Assembly: GCA_028870275.1 (NCBI GenBank)
Contig: JAGWPY010000067.1
Span: forward strand, 1,884 to 65,883
Origin: Gammaproteobacteria bacterium
GTDB lineage: Bacteria; Pseudomonadota; Gammaproteobacteria; Steroidobacterales; Steroidobacteraceae
Reading direction: 5' to 3'
DNA: 64,000 bases
The position numbers and the translations under genes are program-made. Numbering within the stretch: the stretch's first letter is position 1; every line of letters starts with the position of its first letter. The notes beneath the pieces are model-generated. The model was given only the letters and a program-made list of their open reading frames with translations. It did no database searches and was not told where the DNA came from. This document shows positions 1 through 9,242 of the stretch, in pieces.

Positions 1-1390
1 GATTGCCGCGGCCGGCGCTGACTCCCGTGGTCTGGGTGGGCGTGCGCGGCGGGGTGGCCCTCCCTGATCCGGACATCGACCGGGTGCCAGCCGGGGATGC
101 CGTCAAAAGCGCGCCGAGTCTGGCGGCCGGCATGCGAATCTCCGCGGCGAGCCGATCGACCAGCAATTCACGGTAGACGCCCTCCGGCAGGCGGGAGAAC
201 AGGGGCCGCGCCAGGGCCGCGAGCTTGGCGCGTCCGTCGATGTGCTGCAGATCGACCTCGGCGAGCAGATGGCGGACCAGATATTCGGACAGCGGCCAGG
301 CGGCCTGCAGGCGCTGTTCGAATCCGGCGGCGCCCTCGGCCGCGACCAGGGTGTCGGGATCCTCTCCCTCGGGCAGGAACAGGAACTTCAGTTCGCGGCC
401 GTCGCTCGCGAGGGGCAGAGCGTTCTCCAGAGCGCGCCAGGCCGCGGCTCGGCCGGCGCGGTCGCCGTCGAACGAGAACACCACCTCGCCGGTCAGGCGG
501 AAGATCTTGTGCAGATGTTCCTGCGTGGTCGAGGTGCCGAGCGTCGCAACCGCGTAACGGATCCCCGCCTGGTGCAGGCGGACGACGTCCATGTAGCCCT
601 CGACCACGACCAGGCGCTGGAACTCGCCGCCCGCGCGTCGCGCCTCGTAGAGCCCGTAGAGCTCGCGCCCCTTGTGGAACAGAGGCGTCTCCGGCGAATT
701 CAGGTACTTCGGCTCGCCCTCGCCGATCACTCGGCCGCCGAATCCGATCACTCGGCCGCGCGCATCGCGGATCGGGAACATCAGCCGGTCGCGAAAACGG
801 TCGTAGAGACCGGCCGATCGCTCGCTGCCGCGCGGTTCGCGTTCGATCACGAGTCCGGCCTGCAAGAGCCGTCGTCGTCCGTCCGGCTCGCCACCGAGTC
901 GCGTGAGCAGGGCATTCCAGGAGTCGGGCGCATAACCGAGGGCGAAATCGGCCGCGGCGGCCTCGCCCACGCCACGGCCGGCGAGGTAGGCGCGCGCTCG
1001 AGCGTCGTCTTGCAGATTTTGTTCGAAGAAGCGCGCGGCCCGGGTCATCAACTCGTACAGATCGCCGGTCCCTGGGCGCTGCCCGCCAGACTCCCGCGGT
1101 ACCTCGAGTCCGGCCCGCTCGGCCAGCAGGGCGATCGCGTCCGGGAATTCGAGTTTCTCGAACTGCATCAGGAATCCCACCGCGGTGCCGTGCGCGCCGC
1201 AGCCAAAGCAATGGTAGAACTGCTTGTCGGGACTGACCCAGAAAGAGGGGGTCTTTTCTGCGTGGAAGGGGCAGCAGGCCTTGTACTCGCGGCCGGACTT
1301 CTTCAGAGCGACCCGCGAGCCGACGATCTCGACGATGTCGGAACGCGCGACGACCTCGTCGATGAAGGCTTGAGGGATGCGGCCGGCCAT
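1..1390 (-). CDS. dnaG: DNA primase DnaG, N-terminal ~463 codons (3' end lies beyond the window start)
   Basis: Own minus-strand translation from ATG at 1390; absent from the ORF track, probably because there is no stop in the window. Begins MAGRIPQAFIDEVVARSDIVEIVG. CHC2 zinc finger CCPFHAEKTPSF..HCFGCGAHG and TOPRIM EGYMDV..FDGDRAG. Classic rpsU-yqeY-dnaG order. Confidence 0.93.
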   Translation of the reverse strand, partial: MAGRIPQAFIDEVVARSDIVEIVGSRVALKKSGREYKACCPFHAEKTPSFWVSPDKQFYHCFGCGAHGTAVGFLMQFEKLEFPDAIALLAERAGLEVPRESGGQRPGTGDLYELMTRAARFFEQNLQDDARARAYLAGRGVGEAAAADFALGYAPDSWNALLTRLGGEPDGRRRLLQAGLVIEREPRGSERSAGLYDRFRDRLMFPIRDARGRVIGFGGRVIGEGEPKYLNSPETPLFHKGRELYGLYEARRAGGEFQRLVVVEGYMDVVRLHQAGIRYAVATLGTSTTQEHLHKIFRLTGEVVFSFDGDRAGRAAAWRALENALPLASDGRELKFLFLPEGEDPDTLVAAEGAAGFEQRLQAAWPLSEYLVRHLLAEVDLQHIDGRAKLAALARPLFSRLPEGVYRELLVDRLAAEIRMPAARLGALLTASPAGTRSMSGSGRATPPRTPTQTTGVSAGRGN

Positions 1391-1403
1391 GGCCCGCGCG
1401 CGA

Positions 1404-1856
1404 TCAGCCGCCGAGCTTCGCCTTGATCTTGGCGCCCACCGTCGCCATGTCGGCGCGACCCTGGGCCTTCGCTTTGATCAGGGCCATCACCTTGCCCATG
1501 TCCTTGACGCTCGCGGCCTGAGTGGCGGCGATCGCCTCGGCGACCAGCGCGTCGATCTCCGCCTCGCCGAGCGCGGCCGGCAGGTAGGCCTTGAGCAGCT
1601 CGATTTCGGCGCTTTCCTTCTCGGCGAGGTCCGGGCGGTTGCCCGCGGTGAACTGCTGCAGCGATTCCTTGCGCTGCTTGATCATCTTTTCGATGACCGT
1701 CATCACCTGGGTGTCGTCGAGCGTGATCCGCTCGTCGACTTCGCGCTGCTTGATCGCAGCGGTAATCATGCGGATGGCGCCGAGCCGCTCCCGTTCGCCG
1801 GAGCGCATCGCCGCCTTCATATCCTCGGTGATCCGCTCCTTGAGCGTCATCGCCAC
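1404..1856 (-). CDS. GatB/YqeY domain-containing protein
   Basis: 150 aa, MAMTLKERITEDMKAAMRSGERERLGAIRMI..; typical YqeY sequence and position between rpsU and dnaG. Confidence 0.85.
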   Translation of the reverse strand: MAMTLKERITEDMKAAMRSGERERLGAIRMITAAIKQREVDERITLDDTQVMTVIEKMIKQRKESLQQFTAGNRPDLAEKESAEIELLKAYLPAALGEAEIDALVAEAIAATQAASVKDMGKVMALIKAKAQGRADMATVGAKIKAKLGG

Positions 1857-1872
1857 CGCTCGCGGCGCGGTA

Positions 1873-2127
1873 TCAATACTGGCGCGACGCGCCCGCGGAG
1901 GGCGAGCCGGAGCTCGCGCCGCCGAAGCCGCGCATGCTCTCGCGCGAGAGACGCTTCAGGTGGCGTTTCACGGCGGCGGCCTTCTTGCGCTTACGCTCCT
2001 GGGTCGGCTTCTCGTAGAATTCGCGGCGACGTAGCTCGGTGAGGACGCCCGCCTTCTCGCAGGCACGCTTGAACCGGCGCAACGCGGCGTCAAAATATTC
2101 ATTTTCGCGAACACGAACGCTGGGCAT
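1873..2127 (-). CDS. rpsU: 30S ribosomal protein S21
   Basis: [55 protein letters not shown] is canonical S21. Carries a ~13-aa Gly/Ser/Ala-rich C-terminal tail. Confidence 0.93.
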   Translation of the reverse strand: MPSVRVRENEYFDAALRRFKRACEKAGVLTELRRREFYEKPTQERKRKKAAAVKRHLKRLSRESMRGFGGASSGSPSAGASRQY

Positions 2128-2216
2128 TCGGACCTCGAGTAGTCGATGATACGGACCGCCGCGGATCGATCGGCGGGGCGCGCATTCTAAGGTGCGCCTG
2201 TGGAAAAGGCAAAATT

Positions 2217-3239
2217 ATGCGCGTCCTCGGCATCGAAACCTCCTGTGACGAGACCGGCGTCGCGATCTACGACGTCGAAAGGGGGCTGCTCGCCAATCGG
2301 CTGCACAGTCAGATCGCGCTGCATCAGGCCTATGGCGGGGTGGTACCGGAACTCGCCTCGCGAGACCACGTCGCCCATCTGTTGCCGCTGGTCCGGGCCG
2401 CGCTGGACGAGGCGCGGATGGATGCCGGCCCGATCGACGCGATCGCCTACACGGCGGGTCCGGGGCTGATCGGCGCCCTGCTGGTCGGCGCTTCGTTCGC
2501 CCGAGGCCTTGCAACCGCCTGGGCGAAACCGGCAATCGCGGTGCACCATCTGGAGGGGCACCTGCTCGCGCCCCTGCTCGAGGTGGATCCGCCGGCCTTC
2601 CCCTATCTCGCCCTGCTGGTTTCCGGTGGTCATACCATGCTGGTCGACGTCATGGCGCTCGGGCGCTACCGAGTGCTCGGCCAGTCTCAGGACGATGCGG
2701 CCGGGGAGGCCTTCGACAAGACCGCCAAACTGCTCGGCTTGCCCTATCCGGGCGGGGCGGCCCTCGCGGCACTCGCCGAACAGGGCGAATCCGGCGCGTT
2801 CCGGTTTCCTCGGCCGATGCTCGACCGTCCGGGGCTCGATTTCAGTTTCAGTGGCCTGAAGACGGCGGTCCGGGTAGCCTTGCGCGACCGAGCGCTGACC
2901 GAAAGAACGCGGGCAGACGCGGCGCGGGCCTTCGAGGACGCGGTCGTCGAGACGCTCGCCGAGAAATGCCGTCGGGCGCTTCGCGAGACCGGACGCCGCC
3001 GCCTGATCGTCGCCGGCGGCGTCGGCGCGAACCGCCGCTTACGCGAGCGGCTCGTCGAGGTCGCCCGGGACGGTGGCGCGAGCGCCCATTTCCCGCGTCC
3101 CGCGTTCTGCACCGACAACGGCGCGATGATCGCCGTCGCCGGGGCGTTGCGTCTGGCGACCGGCCGGGCTTCGGAACTTCGGGTGCGGCCGACGCGGGCC
3201 CATTGGCCGCTCGACGCACCGGAAGACGAACCCGCCTAG
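2217..3239 (+). CDS. tsaD: tRNA N6-adenosine threonylcarbamoyltransferase TsaD (Kae1/Gcp)
   Basis: [19 protein letters not shown].., 340 aa; divergent from rpsU as in many proteobacteria. Confidence 0.93.
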   Translation: MRVLGIETSCDETGVAIYDVERGLLANRLHSQIALHQAYGGVVPELASRDHVAHLLPLVRAALDEARMDAGPIDAIAYTAGPGLIGALLVGASFARGLATAWAKPAIAVHHLEGHLLAPLLEVDPPAFPYLALLVSGGHTMLVDVMALGRYRVLGQSQDDAAGEAFDKTAKLLGLPYPGGAALAALAEQGESGAFRFPRPMLDRPGLDFSFSGLKTAVRVALRDRALTERTRADAARAFEDAVVETLAEKCRRALRETGRRRLIVAGGVGANRRLRERLVEVARDGGASAHFPRPAFCTDNGAMIAVAGALRLATGRASELRVRPTRAHWPLDAPEDEPA

Positions 3240-3270
3240 GAAGACATCTGGAGAGGTATCGACAGCTTCG

Positions 3271-3660
3271 ATGGACAAGATCTTCATTCATGCCTTGAAG
3301 ACCGAGACGATCATCGGGATCTTCGATTGGGAGCGGCAGGTCCGCCAGAGCGTGCTGCTGGACCTCGAGTTCGAGGCGGACGTCCGCAAGGCGGCGTTGT
3401 CGGACTCCATCGCCGATACGCTGGACTACAAGCGCGTCGCCAAGCGGGTGCTCGCGTTCGTCGAGGCCTCGGCGTTTCATCTCGTCGAGACGCTTGCCGA
3501 ACGCGTCGCCCTGCTGATCCTCGAGGAATTCCGCGTCCCCTGGGTACGCGTCGCGCTCTCCAAGCCGGGCGCCGTGCGTGGATCGCGGGACGTGGGCATC
3601 ATCCTGGAGCGTCGCCAGGCCGATCTCGACACCTGGCGCGCCCATGGCGCGGCCTCCTGA
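3271..3660 (+). CDS. folB: dihydroneopterin aldolase
   Basis: 129 aa, MDKIFIHALKTETIIGIFDWERQVRQSVLLDLEF..YKRV; FolB-like length and motifs. Confidence 0.85.
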   Translation: MDKIFIHALKTETIIGIFDWERQVRQSVLLDLEFEADVRKAALSDSIADTLDYKRVAKRVLAFVEASAFHLVETLAERVALLILEEFRVPWVRVALSKPGAVRGSRDVGIILERRQADLDTWRAHGAAS

Positions 3661-3742
3661 CCAGATCCGGCGGCGCGGCTGACCCGCCGCTCTTTCGAGA
3701 GGCATCAACGGAGGTACGTAGAACCCGCAGGTCCGCGGGCTT

Positions 3743-3767
3743 GAAGATCTATATACCATACATCTTC
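3743..3767 (+). promoter_or_regulatory. NsrR-type operator candidate upstream of nnrS
   Basis: GAAGATCTATATACCATACATCTTC has perfect 6-bp inverted ends GAAGAT/ATCTTC. About 8/11 matches per half to the enterobacterial NsrR motif AAGATGCATTT-N-AAATGCATCTT. Lies 32-56 nt upstream of the nnrS ATG. Confidence 0.55.
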
Positions 3768-3798
3768 ATCGACGGTGGCGTGCGAGGAGGAATCGGCC

Positions 3799-4956
3799 AT
3801 GCGCTTGTTCGCCGCGGGATTCCGCCCGTTTTTTCTCGCGGCCGGCCTCGCCGCACTGCTGCTCGTACCGCTGTGGGCCTGGGTGTTCGCCTGCGGCGGC
3901 GCCTTGCCCAATTCCTGGCCGCCGACGCTCTGGCACGCGCATGAAATGGTCTTCGGATTCCTCGCGGCGGCCATCGCCGGTTTCCTGCTGACGGCCGTAC
4001 CGAGCTGGACCGGTCGCCGCGGGTTCGGTGGTCCGCCGGTCGCGATGCTCGCCGCACTGTGGCTGCTCGCCCGGGTGCTGATCGCCACCGCCGACCTCTG
4101 GCCACACCTCCTGGTCGCAGCGGTCGACGTCGCCTTCCTGCCGATGCTCGCGCTGCTGATCGCTCCGCCGCTGTTGCGCTCCGGGAACCGCAATACCCCC
4201 CTGCTGACCGTATTCGGGTTGCTCGCCATCTGCGACGCCGCGTTCCACTGGCAACTCGCCGCCGGCAACGCCGCACTCGCCGCGCGCTGCCTGCGCGTCG
4301 CGATCGACGTCGTGCTGGTCCTGGTCACGGTGATCGGTGGGCGCATCGTGCCGGCATTCACCTCGAGCGGCCTGCGCGACCGCGATCTGCAGGTTCGTTC
4401 GCGCAAAGGCATCGGCGCGGCGGCGATCGCAGTCATGGCCGTCGTCGCCGTGGTGGATGCGTTGCGTCCCGATGGAATGCTGTCGGCCTCGCTCGCGGCG
4501 GCGGCCGCGCTGATTCAGGCGGTGCGCCTGGCGCAGTGGCGCAGCCTGCACACCCTCGGCAGGCCGATCGTCTGGATTCTGCACGTCGGCTATGCCTGGA
4601 TGCCCCTCGGACTTGCGCTGAAGAGCGTGGCCCTGTTCGGCGGTGATGCGTTCGCGGCCTTCTGGCTGCATGCGCTCACCGTCGGCTGCCTTTCGACCAT
4701 GATCCTCGGGGTCATGACCCGCGCGGCGCTCGGTCACAGCGGACGGCCTCTCGAGCTCGATCCACGCACCGTGGCGTCCTACGTTCTGCTGTTGCTCGCC
4801 GCGCTGGCGCGCGTGTTCGGCTTCGCCTGGCTCGCCCTGCCGTATCCGATCGTGATCCTGCTCGCCGCCTCCCTCTGGACGGCGGCGTTCGCGCTCTTCG
4901 TCTGGGTCTACGCGCCGATCCTGTTTCTGCCGCGCGCCGACGGCCGGCCAGGCTGA
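3799..4956 (+). CDS. nnrS: NnrS family membrane protein (NO-response heme/copper protein)
   Basis: MRLFAAGFRPFFLAAGLAALLLVPLWAW.. is polytopic and NnrS-like. ATG at 3799 is preceded by GAGGAGG at 3784-3790; the track ORF starts at 3775. Confidence 0.85.
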   Translation: MRLFAAGFRPFFLAAGLAALLLVPLWAWVFACGGALPNSWPPTLWHAHEMVFGFLAAAIAGFLLTAVPSWTGRRGFGGPPVAMLAALWLLARVLIATADLWPHLLVAAVDVAFLPMLALLIAPPLLRSGNRNTPLLTVFGLLAICDAAFHWQLAAGNAALAARCLRVAIDVVLVLVTVIGGRIVPAFTSSGLRDRDLQVRSRKGIGAAAIAVMAVVAVVDALRPDGMLSASLAAAAALIQAVRLAQWRSLHTLGRPIVWILHVGYAWMPLGLALKSVALFGGDAFAAFWLHALTVGCLSTMILGVMTRAALGHSGRPLELDPRTVASYVLLLLAALARVFGFAWLALPYPIVILLAASLWTAAFALFVWVYAPILFLPRADGRPG

Positions 4957-4966
4957 GCCGTGCGGA

Positions 4967-4983
4967 GGGCGCGGACCGCGCCC
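4967..4983. terminator. GC hairpin between convergent nnrS and the sirB-like gene
   Basis: GGGCGCG-GAC-CGCGCCC, 7-bp perfect stem, no U-tract. Confidence 0.35.
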
Positions 4984-4990
4984 GACGCGC

Positions 4991-5407
4991 TCAGCGCAGC
5001 AGCAGCGCGAACCAGCTCGCCGGGCTGCGGGTCACCGCGACGCCGACGATCGCCGCAAAGGTCGTCCAGGCGCCAATGGCTGCGGCGATACGTCCGCGCG
5101 GGCTGCGAGCCCTTTTGAGCGCAATACTGCCGAGCACGACATAGAGGACCAGCAAGGCGACCTTCACCGTGAGCCAGGCATCGACCAGCGGGTACTGGTG
5201 TACCACCATGGTCAGAGCCACGGCCGCGCCGAGCAGGATGGTGTCGATCAGGTAAGAAGCCCGGCGCAGCACGACGTGGTTGGCCGCGCCCCGACCGGTG
5301 ATGCGCATCAACGCGCGCGCCGTGAACAGCGAACCCGAAAGGGCCACGCAGTGCACGTGGATCGCGAGCAGGGTCCGGTAGTGCGCGGCGAGCAAGTGCC
5401 GGTGCAC
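4991..5407 (-). CDS. SirB2-like (SirB family) membrane protein
   Basis: 138 aa with 4 predicted TM segments, ..HVHCVALSGSLFTARAL..YLIDTILLGAAV..WLTVKVALLVLYVVLG. GTG start abuts the nsrR stop. Confidence 0.7.
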   Translation of the reverse strand: MHRHLLAAHYRTLLAIHVHCVALSGSLFTARALMRITGRGAANHVVLRRASYLIDTILLGAAVALTMVVHQYPLVDAWLTVKVALLVLYVVLGSIALKRARSPRGRIAAAIGAWTTFAAIVGVAVTRSPASWFALLLR

Positions 5408-5872
5408 TCAGTGGTTGATGCGCACCCGCGCGCCATCCTGCGGCTTGAGCTTGAGCAGCGCGCCGAGCGGTCCGGGTTTGCGGACCAGGTCGGCGAGCGT
5501 AAATCCGTCGAGGACCTTGATGAAGGCGGCCAGCGCCTGGTCGAGCGCCTCGGCGAGGACGCAGGCGGATTCGATCGCGCAGGTCCTGGAACCGCGGAAG
5601 CAGGCGACCACGCCGAAATCCGGCTCCATGCGGCGCACCACCTCGCCGACGTTGATTTCGTCGGGTCGTTTGGCGAGACGCAGGCCGCCGCCCCGGCCGC
5701 GCACGGTCTCCACGTAGCCCGCGAGGCCGAGCTGGTGCACCACCTTCATCAGATGGTGCTCCGAGATCGCGTAGACCCTGGCGATCTCCCCGATCGTCGC
5801 GAGCTCGCCAGGCCGCAGCGCAAGCCGGATCAGAACCCGCAGGGAGTAATCGGTATAGGTGGTCAGGCGCAT
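5408..5872 (-). CDS. nsrR: Rrf2-family NO-sensing transcriptional repressor NsrR
   Basis: MRLTTYTDYSLRVLIRLALRPGELATIGEIARVYAISEHHLMKVVHQLGLAGYVETVRGRGGG plus three-Cys cluster CFRGSRTCAIESAC. Confidence 0.85.
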   Translation of the reverse strand: MRLTTYTDYSLRVLIRLALRPGELATIGEIARVYAISEHHLMKVVHQLGLAGYVETVRGRGGGLRLAKRPDEINVGEVVRRMEPDFGVVACFRGSRTCAIESACVLAEALDQALAAFIKVLDGFTLADLVRKPGPLGALLKLKPQDGARVRINH

Positions 5873-5920
5873 GCGTGGGGGAATCCGGCCCTAGGGGTCT
5901 TGGACGGTGAACTGTCGCCC

Positions 5921-5938
5921 GGACGCATTCGAATGTCC
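5921..5938 (-). promoter_or_regulatory. palindromic operator candidate upstream of nsrR
   Basis: GGACGCATTCGAATGTCC is a near-perfect inverted repeat 49-66 nt upstream of the nsrR start. GCATT/AATG core is reminiscent of NsrR half-sites, but the spacing differs from the 11-1-11 consensus. Confidence 0.35.
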
Positions 5939-5996
5939 ATACGCGCTTGCCCGAACCGGCCTTTCCCCGGCGCCCGCCCGGCGTGGCGGGCGCGGT

Positions 5997-7139
5997 TCAC
6001 GGTACGAGGTGCGAGTTGCCGAGATCCTTCCATTCGTAGCGCGGGATCTGGATCCAGCGGCCGTCGGTGAACTTCGGCACCTTGTGCACCCGCGTCTGCG
6101 CGACGTGCATATGGCCGTCCTTGTCGTCGACCCAGAAATCGATGTCGTAGATCTGGTCCTTGCTGCCGGCAACGCGAAAATCGGTGCACGCAAAATAATG
6201 GCCATTGCCGTCGAGCTGTCGCACCGGTTGATGCGTGTCGATGAACTTCAGGTCGAGGACCTTTCCGGTCTTGTCGTCCTTCAGCCGGAAGACCCCGTCG
6301 TTCGAGGCGCTGACCCGCATCGCGTGCCGCTCGATCGCCGACATGACCTCCCATCCACGCCGGGTCGCGAGCTGTCCCGGGTGCTCCGACGCCGGGATCC
6401 ACCACCAGGGGATCGGCTGACGCTCCATGGTCTTCCAGGTGCCGTCCTCGAACAGCGGCGTCTTGTAGATCCTCACTTCGCGAACGTGCAGCATTCCCCG
6501 GGCCGGAACGACCCAGAAATCGATCAGGTAACGCTTGCGCGCATCGCCCTGTTCGTGGAATTTCACGTCCGGGAAGAAACCGTATCCGTCGAGGGTGCGC
6601 GTGAAATCGATCCCGTCGAACGCGAGCCGCAGCGTCGCTCCGGTCAGCGGGTCGGCGAGCGGGTAAACCCCGCCGTTCGCCGCGACCCGCGCCGCGATCT
6701 CGCGTCGCACGAGCTTTTCGGCGTCGGCGCCGTCGAAGTACTCCATCTGCCGTTCGGTGGAAGCGACGCTGCTCGCCGCGATGAAGTCGCGCGCTCTTTG
6801 GAGATTCTCACGGGGATGGGCGAGGAACTGGCCTCGGGCGGCCGCGCTGCTGAAACAGTAGGTCTTGCCGTCGCGGTCCGACCAGCGCACGGAGCAGTCC
6901 GTCATCACGTGACGGCCCTCGGCGAGCGCTTCGGCGCACTGTCCGCCGAAGCGCGGTTGGACCGGCCCCTGCGAGGACGTTGCGGCCAGGGCGGCGGTCG
7001 CTCCGCACATGCCGAGCAGAGCCACGGCGAGCCCGGCGCAGAGGCCTCGGCTCGTGAGCCGGGGCCGCGCTCGCCTCCACGGCGTCGAGCCGCCATCGGC
7101 AAACGCCATCGCGATGTTCGGGTGCCCGGACAGGTTCAT
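5997..7139 (-). CDS. secreted protein of unknown function: YHS-like Cys module plus two tandem copies of an uncharacterised ~95-aa domain
   Basis: 380 aa with signal-like N-terminus (..GLAVALLGMCGATAALAATS). GGQCAEALAEGRHVMTDCSVRWSDRDGKTYCFSSAAARGQFLAHP resembles YHS-domain proteins. Internal duplication between aa 154-247 and 279-370. Confidence 0.7.
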   Translation of the reverse strand: MNLSGHPNIAMAFADGGSTPWRRARPRLTSRGLCAGLAVALLGMCGATAALAATSSQGPVQPRFGGQCAEALAEGRHVMTDCSVRWSDRDGKTYCFSSAAARGQFLAHPRENLQRARDFIAASSVASTERQMEYFDGADAEKLVRREIAARVAANGGVYPLADPLTGATLRLAFDGIDFTRTLDGYGFFPDVKFHEQGDARKRYLIDFWVVPARGMLHVREVRIYKTPLFEDGTWKTMERQPIPWWWIPASEHPGQLATRRGWEVMSAIERHAMRVSASNDGVFRLKDDKTGKVLDLKFIDTHQPVRQLDGNGHYFACTDFRVAGSKDQIYDIDFWVDDKDGHMHVAQTRVHKVPKFTDGRWIQIPRYEWKDLGNSHLVP

Positions 7140-7268
7140 GGTCGACCCCTCCCCATGCTGAATCCGCCGCTCCCGCCTTTGCGCATCGCGCGGAGCAGGT
7201 GGGCACCGTTCGCCGGCCGAGCATACGCCTAAATCGCCGTGCCGCAGTGCGTTTCCCGCGTCCGCGGC

Positions 7269-8024
7269 TTACAGGCTGCGACCGCCATCGACCGCGATGA
7301 TCTGTCCGGTCACGAAGGGCGCGTCCCGCACCAGGAACAGGGCCGTGGCGGCGATGTCCTCGGGGCGGCCGTGGCGCCCCAACGCGGTCTTGTCGACGAT
7401 TTCGCGCTTCAATGACTCGTCGAGGCCGTGCTCGGGCCAGAGCACGGGTCCTGGGGCGATACCGTTGACGCGCACTTCAGGGCCGAGCTCGCGGGCGAGC
7501 GAGCGGGTCAGCATCGCGAGTCCGGCCTTCGCGGCGCTGTAGACCGGATGGCCGCGCAAGGGTCGCAAGCCGTGGATGTCGACGATGTTGACGATCGAGC
7601 CGCGGCGCGCGCGCAGCGCCGGAGCCGCCGCCTGCGACAGGAACAGCGGCGCCTTGAGGTTGGTGCCGAGCAAATCGTCCCAGGCCGCGGCCGTGATCCG
7701 GCCGACGGGCGTCGGATAGAAGCTCGAGGCGTTGTTCACGAGAACGTCGAGCGCGCCGAAACGCTCGAGCGCCGCCTCGATCAGCGATCCCGGCAGGTCC
7801 GGGTCGAGCAGATCGCCGCTCAGACATTGCGCCGACCCCGGGCGCAGATCGTTCAGTTCGCGGGTCAGCGCTATCGCCTCGGCATGCGAAGCGCGATAAT
7901 GCACCAGGACGCTCGCGCCGGCCGAGTGCAGGCCGCGCACGATCGCGGCACCGACCCTGCGGGCGCCGCCCGTGACCAGAGCGACCCGGCCGCTCAACCT
8001 CGAATTCCCGTCGTTCTCCGTCAT
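7269..8024 (-). CDS. short-chain dehydrogenase, pteridine reductase-like
   Basis: 251 aa; VALVTGGARRVGAAI, NNASSFY and YSAAK SDR motifs; resembles pteridine reductase (PTR1/FolM type). Confidence 0.8.
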   Translation of the reverse strand: MTENDGNSRLSGRVALVTGGARRVGAAIVRGLHSAGASVLVHYRASHAEAIALTRELNDLRPGSAQCLSGDLLDPDLPGSLIEAALERFGALDVLVNNASSFYPTPVGRITAAAWDDLLGTNLKAPLFLSQAAAPALRARRGSIVNIVDIHGLRPLRGHPVYSAAKAGLAMLTRSLARELGPEVRVNGIAPGPVLWPEHGLDESLKREIVDKTALGRHGRPEDIAATALFLVRDAPFVTGQIIAVDGGRSL

Positions 8025-8049
8025 GCGAATCTACGATACCGGAACCCCG

Positions 8050-9219
8050 ATGCAGCGTGAACCCGAGGACCCGCAGGAGTCGGGACATGCGCAAAAGGTC
8101 CTCGCCGCGATCGAGAACGCGGTGCGCGAGGCCGGCGGATGGATTCCGTTCGACCGCTACATGGAGATCGTCTTGTATGCGCCCGGTCTGGGCTATTACA
8201 GCGCCGGAGCGCGCAAGCTGGGCGCATCGGGGGACTTCACCACGGCTCCCGAGATATCCGCGTTGTTCGGAGCCTGCCTCGCCAGGCAGTGCGCGCAGGT
8301 GCTCGCGGACTCGGCCGGGGACACGATCCTCGAGGTCGGCGCCGGCAGCGGCCGACTTGCGGTCGATCTGCTCCGTCGGCTCGAGGCGAGCGGTGCGGCG
8401 CCGGCGCGCTACATGATCCTCGAGGTCAGCGCCGACCTGCGTGAGCGACAACGCGCGTCGATTGCCAGCCAGGCGCCGGAGCTCGCCGATCGCGTCCAAT
8501 GGCTCGACGAGCCACCATCGAGGTCGTTTACCGGTGTGATCGTCGCCAACGAAGTACTCGACGCCCTGCCGGTCACCCGGTTTCGCTGGCGACCCGGAGC
8601 GACCGAGGAACTCGGCGTCGTGACCGGCGCTCACGGCCTCGAGATCGCAGCCCGGGCCGCCGACGCCAGGCTCGCCGCGCGTTGCGAGGAGCTGCGCGCG
8701 GCGGCCGGCAGCCAATGGCGCGAGGGCTACGTGTCCGAGTACTGTCCGCGGCTCGGCCCCTGGTGTGCGGCGGTCGCCGGGTCCCTGGCCGCGGGCGCCG
8801 TGCTTTGGTTCGACTATGGATTGCCGCGCGCGCAGTACTACCTCGCGGAGCGCGACGACGGCACACTGATCGGCCATTACCGCCACCGGGTCGAAGCCGA
8901 TCCGCTGGCACGTCCTGGCCTGCAGGATCTGAGTGCCTGGGTCGATTTCACGGCGCTGGCCGAGGCCGGAGACGCCGCGGGTTTCGACGTCGCCGGGTAT
9001 ACGACCCAGGCCTATTTCCTGGCCGCCACCGGCATCGACGGCGAGATGCGCCGGCTCGCCGGCGACGATGCGCGGCGCCATGCGGGGCTCGCGTCCGAAG
9101 CGCGCCGGTTGCTTTTGCCCGGGGAGATGGGCGAGCGGTTCAAGGCCATGGCCTGGACCCGTGGGCTCCAAGAGCCACTGATCGGCTTCGCGCTGCGCGA
9201 CCTGCGGCACACGCTCTGA
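8050..9219 (+). CDS. class I SAM-dependent methyltransferase, MidA/NDUFAF7 (DUF185) family
   Basis: ..YMEIVLYAPGLGYYSAGARKLGASGDFTTAPEIS..ILEVGAGSGRLA. Start moved to ATG 8050 to avoid overlapping the neighbouring gene. Confidence 0.8.
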   Translation: MQREPEDPQESGHAQKVLAAIENAVREAGGWIPFDRYMEIVLYAPGLGYYSAGARKLGASGDFTTAPEISALFGACLARQCAQVLADSAGDTILEVGAGSGRLAVDLLRRLEASGAAPARYMILEVSADLRERQRASIASQAPELADRVQWLDEPPSRSFTGVIVANEVLDALPVTRFRWRPGATEELGVVTGAHGLEIAARAADARLAARCEELRAAAGSQWREGYVSEYCPRLGPWCAAVAGSLAAGAVLWFDYGLPRAQYYLAERDDGTLIGHYRHRVEADPLARPGLQDLSAWVDFTALAEAGDAAGFDVAGYTTQAYFLAATGIDGEMRRLAGDDARRHAGLASEARRLLLPGEMGERFKAMAWTRGLQEPLIGFALRDLRHTL

Positions 9220-9242
9220 CGCCTCGCCGCTTCGCGGCGACG

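Noticed and set aside
168-1426. Long ORFs 242-1426 (+, 394 aa) and 168-1211 (-, 347 aa)
   Set aside because: Arg/Ala/Gly-rich, motif-free translations in frames overlapping dnaG. The third frame on the minus strand gives an unmistakable DnaG, so these are high-GC shadow ORFs.
1873-1914. C-terminal Gly/Ser/Ala-rich extension of S21
   Set aside because: A short low-complexity tail, most likely lineage-specific variation, with no evidence of a separate function.
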